A DNA stretch of 64,000 bases, from positions 544,001 to 608,000 of the forward strand of contig CBDDDZ010000003.1 of NCBI GenBank assembly GCA_965226795.1, read 5' to 3'. The position numbers and the translations under genes were made by a program. A model generated the notes under the pieces. The model ran no database searches and had not been told where the DNA came from. It saw only the letters and a list, made by a program, of their open reading frames with translations. Within the stretch, counting starts at the first letter, position 1; every line of letters begins with the position of its first letter. Shown here piece by piece: positions 59,801 to 64,000 of the stretch. The stretch comes from Candidatus Latescibacterota bacterium. GTDB lineage: Bacteria > Latescibacterota > UBA2968 > GCA-2709665.

Positions 59801-60008
59801 CCGTTCCGAAAATCTGTAGGGAAACGGGCTGATCGGGTAAGAGGTCGAGCGAGGAAACCGCCTGGTTGCCAGCAGCATCATCCACGTCCAGGGCGAGGGA
59901 AAAGCCGCTGGGCTGCGTGGATGGCGACCACGGGAAGATGAACAACGCCAGGCACAGGAGGCCGGCGAGGCCGAGCGCAAGGGTGGATGATTTAAAATGG
60001 CGTTTCAT
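50811..60008 (-). CDS. Giant (~3065 aa) surface protein: cohesin-like, EF-hand/dockerin-like, cadherin and FN3 repeats, poly-Pro, SwmB-like, LRR, C-terminal leishmanolysin (M8)-like metalloprotease
   Basis: MKRHFK signal/anchor; DFDGNGLVGFSDF; ENT..G.PV.ATD.D and DYE cadherin motifs; LTVTW..P..YDVQYR..YEVQVRA.NDEG FN3; 13-14 24-aa LRRs; HELTH (51312-51326)...SHWRE...ELMTP. Confidence 0.9.
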   Translation of the reverse strand: MKRHFKSSTLALGLAGLLCLALFIFPWSPSTQPSGFSLALDVDDAAGNQAVSSLDLLPDQPVSLQIFGTDIQNASGISARFRFDAKQVIYEGFDPGEVLPNVHAIVQLDSTSIRIGVSSLSGSASVNAGWVGTVHFRTTAAFSDTEIWLVHAELARSGQSEVISPALGVALQVAAPPSPDFDGNGLVGFSDFVAFAGAFGSRQGDGKYVAAYDLNNDGTIAFNDFVIFATSFGEAANRAPAFTAAPPVTRFVEENTSAGQPIGDPVTATDADDDSLTYRLHGVYADRFSIGAGTGQLITKDGIAYDHEARDAYSVTVRASDGQRGRATLVVGIAVTDVDEPPGAPPEGVMVAPRDTALTVTWSAAPEEAGKPPVSGYEVVHRTADSEEWLEGLVLGSRADTSVALTGLTNEQPYQVRVRILNDEGASPWSEPVVGAPTVGPRPLGIVGEQSLILGSDLRVNVASLFTRPALGTLTYGAASSNEAIVTVTVSDSMATVRAVAVGGATITATAGDTYGNTSQTTFPVVVTTPPPPPPPPGPVGPIGPFRPPPPPPPPPPPANNRAPTFDEGTSTSRTVPENTRARQPIQHPVRATDPDAHRLTYNLTGPDSASFAVDTGSGQLRTLSGVTYDFEDNDRYSVDLEADDPYGGNATIGVTIHVADVDEPPDVPDRPQVQPASSTSLTVTWTAPTNTGPDIFDYDVQYRTGSGNFDPWPHDNTGTTTTITNLEVNKRYEVQVRAHNDEGESRWSPSGFGTTSANLPPVFDEGGSATRSLEENTPSDRNIGGPVGATDPENTTLSYRLAGGDTDQFNIDANNGRLRTRTGADYNYEVKNRYSVTVEAQDERGGRSTISVTIEVTDDDNERPETPDKPTVTASTLNSLSIRWTAPANAGPDINDYDVQYSEDGGAFTDSPHTGPGTTTTITGLKANTPYEVQVLARSDEGVSPWSESADARTVANRAPTFNEGTRTTRSFAENTTGTHDIGNPITARDNDGGTLSYDLEGTDQASFALDGDQLQTRPGLTYDFEGKPNYDVTVRVKDGQGGSNTIAVTINLVDEREPPETPTAPGVAPASSTSLDVTWNEPVNTGPDVDDYDVQYREGDTGGFTSWRFNSADRATTITGLTPDTTHQVQVLARNDEGASSWSESGEGRTSPNQLPIFTDGSSAMRSLAENTTGVQNIGDPVDATDPENTTLTYILEGTDADDFTIDARNGQIRTRSGETYDYETTPRYSVAMKATDGHGGDRSIPVFIDLTDMNEIPVFTGDATLMTAENALSAGRVEADDPDNADRITDYAITDGADRSLFVINSGGTLTFKDEPDFESPGDAGRNNQYNLAVTATGGTGGRALTAERAITVTVTDENERPRFTSVDTFTVTENELLAGRLAAQDVDRDDSITGYEVNAGLDGDRFEIANTRELHFKDDPDFERPADTGGNNEYIVVVEVTGGADTRELTATQSITVTVEDDVEPPGKPDRPTVSDETESSLTVSWDEPDNNGPAITNYFLQYRESGAFIDSPDSGLTRTRTITGLRSGRTYQIQVQAKNDEGKGPWSGRANGTTLTAPTVSSAAFTSTPASGQNGAYKRDDVMEMTATFSEAVTVSGTPQIDLTIGTAVRKADYESGSTTTQLLFQYKVAGTDEDKDGATINENGLKLNNGRIYLLKNNATVNADLAHVARTNVSSQKVDGLPPGLTDAEVKSDELTLTFGESLDRDPRPKTGDFTVTADDSALGVTAVTMHASDVELTIDPAVTPGQTVTLAYTPGTNPVRDLAQNPAIALTNLTVRNNTQDQTLNVCVRTPQVRDAIMDAAGVGTCGAVTADHLSAITRLSLSEKNISTLKANDFSGLAALETLFLRENQLGSLPQNIFSALPALVTLSLRDNELADLDANLFSNLTNLEILLLDGNQLDSLNTDLFSNLSALQALDLNGNKLSSLDANVFSNLSALRILDLDGNELSSLNASIFSSLSALEGLDLDGNELSSLDANVFSSLSALRILDLNGNKLSSLDASIFSNLSSLEALDLDGNELSSLDANIFSNLSSLEALDLSKNELSSLPRNLFSGLSSLQALYLNEQETGHQLGSLDADIFSGLTALTTLRLEHNDISSLDAGLFTGLSDLETLRLDYNSLSSLPDGIFSGLTSLTTLNLESNTVDPLPITVSLERVASGQFRAEANTGAPFDMILPLDVVNGAIDGGGSSIEIPQGDLQSSTLTVTRTTGTSAAVTVDLGTFPPLPPGDNGYSFVTPDDLTVEVIPGLPDVNIYPTALSVAAGDSNTYTMALNSRPTMDVTVTVDVPSGSDVSVNPMERMFAADTYDMSQTVTVIADTGAAANDMVTLSHMVSGGDYQNVSADDVDVTIISAVAGNQSPTFTSPGIFDVKENATAVGTVVAGDTDASDYIAGYETTGGAHQAQFSITSDGELTFKAAPDFENPAASGNRYTVVITATSGTGPRKREANQTIRVTVEDDDEPPGRPPAPILDLSYATYRTIGVSPGRRPPTNTGPEITSWDIQYRIRNTSNFKIHDPEPKPDWTQPDWATDITRLNRGVTYEVQVRAKNDEGESEWSPSAEAPIPNQSPVVDGSFDDLTLPVGGAVEIVSAGDVFDDPDDLSLLYTAFSTNSTVASVKVSGTEVLVDPVSAGSARIILRAYDPWGANVMSSFNVNVQAPSLSAPILSISGNLFTLEFMDDFAADETRAYEVRIRQSEPIGNWATGCFTATNDENTARSVTVTVQSLVSDFFVPGNTYETDYGYLGTACGGSLTGVRSAAAEATVPGVSAFNIELIYAGGTPARRVQLAFDNAVARWERIIAQDIPNHRLSSNGRALLERLYPGTTSPEVVDDLIIYVEVVEIDGQSGTLGQAWRIVWRVPSSLPIACGIELDRDDLSTMSDNKLTALVLHELTHTLGFGLGTWIDHDLLKNPSLDMNDDPIDPAPDTYFPGANAIAAFNAAGGSGYTGAKVPVENTSGGSSSQDSHWRESVMQSELMTPRVGEAVTHPLSAITIQSLADIGYTVDATQADTYTLPSTSTSKIAIGSEELILLNCVITHPEAGPDRPEPITLDLRKATERE
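53828..54260 (-). repeat. Six near-identical 72-bp LRR-coding tandem repeats
   Basis: Recurrent GCATCCAGGCTGCTGAG..GTTGCCGT.CAG.TCGAGG with 72-nt period. Confidence 0.88.
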
Positions 60009-60740
60009 TGTGGCAATTCGTATATGAACAGGAAACGAAGTCAACCGTGATCCGAAACTCACCTGGGAGGAAAGGATAGCCAATCCGGAACATTCTGGCG
60101 ACTCCCGTGCGGCCGCTTCGACCCTTCAGTCTACCGCCGGCGACGGATTTGACTTCAAAGCGATTCAACCGGAAACCCGGCGATAGGCGAGTCATGTCGA
60201 ATAATACGCAATCCATCTCGTCCGTCCAGTCCGTCGATGCTCCAATCCGGGCCCCGATACGTTCCTCATTCTACCTGTATGCCTGGCCGGCTTCCCGCCA
60301 TCGCGCATCCTATAATGTAGCAAAATTCGACACAGGTTGCATATTGCAACATTGCTCCGTTTCCTCATTGTATCCGTACGGATAACCTGCGCCAAAATGA
60401 CGAGAATACTGCCGAATCCCGTCCGCGCAGGCTTGTTCTCAGGTGTGGTTCCGATGTTGAAATTCTAAGCCGTTTTCAATGTGTGAATTGTCTGATTTCT
60501 AAAAAGAAATCTCAATGCCCACTTGCCGACCCGCCATTTCAGATTATATTGTATATTACGGATGATAAGAAAGGCGGGTTTGAACGCCGAAGCTTGGACG
60601 CTTTTTGTGTGTCTGCAAACTTTCTTTAAGATTTCCGAATAAGTTCCGGGCCAATTGGGACGGGCGCGTTCTTCACGGATGCTCCGAGCAGCTTTCTGGC
60701 TCTTTTTCGCTGGTAATCCGAAACATTGGGAGGGTTCGCT

Positions 60741-62258
60741 ATGTTTGGAAGTTTTCGCAGCGTGTTCTTGTTGGCGCTTTCCGCAGGCTTGGCCTGGGGA
60801 TGCGGCAGCGAACGTCTGACAACCTCGCACGTCCCCGAGGCAGGGGACCGCACCGGCCAACCCCTCGGTAAGCTGGCCCTCAATGGCATGGCGCGGGCCG
60901 TGGTGGTGGCCAGCGTGCGGCACGGCGAGACGCCTGTAAGCGGGGCTACCGTCGAGTTCGCGCGTTCGGTTTCAGGTCGGACGACCGATTTCGAATGGTC
61001 GGGAACGACCAATGCGCGCGGCCAGGCGTACGTGGAGATCGGGGGCGCCGGGGTGACGGGTTACTATCGGGCGCGGGCGATGCGAGGCGGTAGTACGATA
61101 GGTTCGTGGTCGAGCATACCGATCAACAGCGGGTATGAGTCGAAGGTTGAATTGCCGGTTGGCGAAACGGCACGCGCGACCGGGTCAATTGTGCTGACGC
61201 CGGGCGGTCTCCCCGCGAAGATCACGATTGGCGTGGCCATTCCCCTGACGGGTCCGCAAACCCAATACGGCGTACCCGCCATGGAAGGCTTTGAGTTCGC
61301 TCAGGAAGAGATCAACGGATCGTTGAAACTCGGAGGCGCACACATCGAGTTTGTTGTCGAAGATTCTCGCGGAACCGTTGACGCCGCCACAGAAGCGTTC
61401 AACAAACTCATCAAGGAGGACGGCGTTTCCGTCATCCTGGGTCCCGTTATTTCCACCGTGGCGAAGGAAGTGTTTCCGATCGCGCAACAAAACGAGGTCC
61501 TGGCGTTCAGTTCGACCTCTGCCGCCGTCGGCCTGAGCGCGATCGGCGACTATATCTTCCGTTCGAATCTCAACGTGGGTACGCTCGTACCCGGCGCCGT
61601 CAAGGATTTGCAGGATAAACTGCGGTATCAGAGAGTCGCGATGATGGTCGACGACACCGATGTCTATTCTCTGAGTCTGGACGAAGCGTTAAGCAACGCG
61701 TTGGCGGAAAACGACGTGGAGATTTTGACCAGGGAGACCTTTGCAACGGGAGACACGTCGTTTGCCGACCAGTTGAGCAGCATCAAAGCATTGAATCCGC
61801 ATGCCATATTCGTTTCGTGTCTGGCGGCGGAGCAGATTCGGATACTGGTCCAGGCCCGTGAGGCTGGCATTCCCACGAATATTCCTTTGATTCTTCCTTT
61901 TCTGAGCCCGGCCGAAGTGCAGGCCGCGGCCGAAGACGCCGAACGCGCGATTTCCGTAACGAGTTGGACCATCAGCACTCCCACACCCGGAAATCAGGCC
62001 TTCGTTGAAAGTTTCAGCGCGAGATACGGCTATGAGCCGGGTCCATGGGCCGCGCTTTCTTACGCCTCGCTGCATATTCTCGCGGATGCGATTGCGGAAG
62101 CCGGGTCGACTAACGCCAGTGCGATTAAAGACGAGATGGCCAATACCCAGGATGTAGATACGATTTTGGGTCGATTCTCGTTCAACGCCGACGGAGACGC
62201 GGTCTACGATCCCACAGTGCTGATCGTCCGGAACGGTACATTCGAAGTCTTCGAGTAA
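60741..62258 (+). CDS. Lipoprotein: unrecognised N-terminal module + LivJ-like binding protein, paralogue 1
   Basis: Lipobox LAWGC; ITIGVAIPLTGP, AQEEIN, VEDSRG, GDYIFR, ILGRFSFNADGD. Confidence 0.9.
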   Translation: MFGSFRSVFLLALSAGLAWGCGSERLTTSHVPEAGDRTGQPLGKLALNGMARAVVVASVRHGETPVSGATVEFARSVSGRTTDFEWSGTTNARGQAYVEIGGAGVTGYYRARAMRGGSTIGSWSSIPINSGYESKVELPVGETARATGSIVLTPGGLPAKITIGVAIPLTGPQTQYGVPAMEGFEFAQEEINGSLKLGGAHIEFVVEDSRGTVDAATEAFNKLIKEDGVSVILGPVISTVAKEVFPIAQQNEVLAFSSTSAAVGLSAIGDYIFRSNLNVGTLVPGAVKDLQDKLRYQRVAMMVDDTDVYSLSLDEALSNALAENDVEILTRETFATGDTSFADQLSSIKALNPHAIFVSCLAAEQIRILVQAREAGIPTNIPLILPFLSPAEVQAAAEDAERAISVTSWTISTPTPGNQAFVESFSARYGYEPGPWAALSYASLHILADAIAEAGSTNASAIKDEMANTQDVDTILGRFSFNADGDAVYDPTVLIVRNGTFEVFE

Positions 62259-62397
62259 GCCTATGTCTTGGGTCTTCCGAAGTCATTAGCCCGGTGGATG
62301 TTTTCCCGGAAATCAAGGGTAGGGCCAGGAAGCCATAGACGCCTATTTCAGACTCGTGCTCGTTTAGCTGGTGTCTTCAAAAATGGGAGGGTTCGCT

Positions 62398-63915
62398 ATG
62401 TTTGGAAGTTTTCGCAACGTGTTCTTGTTGGCGCTTTCCGCGGGCTTGACCTGGGGATGCGGCAGCGAACGCCTGACAACATCGCACGTCCCCGAGGCAG
62501 GGGACCGCACCGGCCAACCCCTCGGTAAGCTGGCCCTCAATGGGATGGCGCGGGCCGTGGTCGTTGCCCGCGTCCAGGAGGGTGAGACGCCCGTAAGCGG
62601 CGTCACCGTGGAGTTTTCGCGTTCCGTTTCAGGTCGGGCGGCCGATTTCAGTTCGTCTGGAACGACCAATGCGCGCGGCCAGGCGTACGTGGAGATCGGT
62701 GGCGACGGGGTGACGGGCTACTATCGGGCGCGGGCAATGCGTGGCGGAAGCATGATAGGTTCGTGGTCGAGCATACCGGTCAACAGCGGGTATGAGTCCA
62801 GGGTTGAATTGCCGGTTGGCGAAACGGCACGCGCGACCGGTTCAATCGCGCTGACGCCTGGCGGTCTCCCCGCGAAGATCACGATTGGCGTGGCCATTCC
62901 CCTGACGGGACCGCAAATCCAATACGGCGGGCCCGCCATGGAAGGCTTTGAGTTCGCTCGGGAAGAGATCAACGGCTCATCGAAACTCGGGGGCGCAAGC
63001 ATCGAGTTCATTGTCGAAGATTCCCGGGGCACCGTTGACGCCGCCACAGAAGCGTTCAACAAACTCATCAAAGACGACGGCGTATCCGTCATCCTGGGTC
63101 CCGGTATTTCCACCGTGGCGATAGAAGTGTTTCCGATCGCGCAACAAAACGAGGTCCTGGCGTTCAGTTCCACCTCAACCGCCGTCGGCCTCAGCGCCAT
63201 CGGCGGCTATATCTTCCGTTCGGGTCTCAACGTGGGTACGCTCGTACCCGGCGCCGTTAAAGATTTGCAGGATAAACTGCGGTATCAGAGAGTCGCGATG
63301 ATGGTCGACGACACCGATGTCTATTCTCAGAGTCTGGACGAAGCGTTGAGCAACGCGTTGGCGGAAAACAACGTCGAGATTCTGACCCGGGAGACGTTCG
63401 CAACGGGAGACACCTCGTTTGCCGACCAGTTGAACAACATCAAGGCATTGAATCCGCATGCCATATTCGTTTCGTGTCTGGCGGCGGAGCAGATTCGGAT
63501 TATGGTCCAGGCCCGCGAGTCTGGCATCCCCTCGAATATTCCGCTGATTCTTCCGGAACTGACGCTGGCCGAAGTACAGGCCGCGGGCGAGGCCGCAGAA
63601 CGCGCAATTTCCGTAACAAGTTGGGCAAGCAGCACTTCCGCACCCGGAAATCAGGCCTTCGTTGAAAGTTTCAGCGCGAGATACGGCTATGAACCGGGTC
63701 CATGGGCCGCACTTTCTTACGCCTCGCTTCATATTCTCGCGGACGCGATTGCGGAAGCCGGATCGACGGACGCCAGCGCGATTAAAGACGCGATGGCCAA
63801 TACCCAGGATGTAGATACGATTTTGGGTCGATTCTCGTTCAACGCCGATGGCGACGCGGTATACGATCCCAGTGTGCTGATCGTCCGGAACGGTGCATTC
63901 GAGGCCTTCGAGTAA
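62398..63915 (+). CDS. Lipoprotein: unrecognised N-terminal module + LivJ-like binding protein, paralogue 2
   Basis: Same length (1518 nt) as 60741-62258 and highly similar; lipobox LTWGC. Confidence 0.9.
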   Translation: MFGSFRNVFLLALSAGLTWGCGSERLTTSHVPEAGDRTGQPLGKLALNGMARAVVVARVQEGETPVSGVTVEFSRSVSGRAADFSSSGTTNARGQAYVEIGGDGVTGYYRARAMRGGSMIGSWSSIPVNSGYESRVELPVGETARATGSIALTPGGLPAKITIGVAIPLTGPQIQYGGPAMEGFEFAREEINGSSKLGGASIEFIVEDSRGTVDAATEAFNKLIKDDGVSVILGPGISTVAIEVFPIAQQNEVLAFSSTSTAVGLSAIGGYIFRSGLNVGTLVPGAVKDLQDKLRYQRVAMMVDDTDVYSQSLDEALSNALAENNVEILTRETFATGDTSFADQLNNIKALNPHAIFVSCLAAEQIRIMVQARESGIPSNIPLILPELTLAEVQAAGEAAERAISVTSWASSTSAPGNQAFVESFSARYGYEPGPWAALSYASLHILADAIAEAGSTDASAIKDAMANTQDVDTILGRFSFNADGDAVYDPSVLIVRNGAFEAFE

Positions 63916-64000
63916 GTGCATGTCTCCAGCCTTCGGAAGCCAATGTGTCCGGAGGCTGTTTTTCTCGAAAACCCAGTAGGTCCCAGTGGTCATAGACACC

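Overview
Bacterial genomic window, GC-rich overall with lower-GC accessory patches. No rRNA, tRNA or CRISPR array was seen. The gene content (FlgD-Ig/secretion-type C-terminal domain, cohesin-like and EF-hand/dockerin-like modules, three PhyH dioxygenases, a cadherin/FN3/LRR giant protein, several TA modules) suggests an FCB-related, possibly host-associated organism such as Latescibacterota; this is inference only. From left to right: a NarL-type regulator; McrBC with a heavily frameshifted mcrB; a cobalamin-riboswitch-led B12 uptake locus split by a Cache protein and hicBA; a PIN TA pair; an intact IS1380 plus an IS1380 remnant; a catabolic and transport gene run; a porin/binding-protein/HAMP-sensor/OFA-MFS operon; a deletion-scarred carbonic anhydrase/Tsx-like/NCS2 region; GPP34; SulP; a ~3065-aa adhesin-protease; and two tandem lipoprotein paralogues. 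Intergenic DNA is full of nested REP/MITE-like repeats. The best candidate for an undescribed system is a ~90-aa module (RS[IV]SGR...GxYRAR...SWxSIP) that I do not recognise. It is fused in three exported proteins to unrelated ligand-binding domains (tandem Cache; LivJ-like), and none of them has a signalling output or an adjacent transporter. Other leads: an output-less HAMP sensor coupled to an MFS, an HxG Fe/2OG enzyme beside a PLP lyase, and cohesin/dockerin-like modules on non-cellulosomal proteins.
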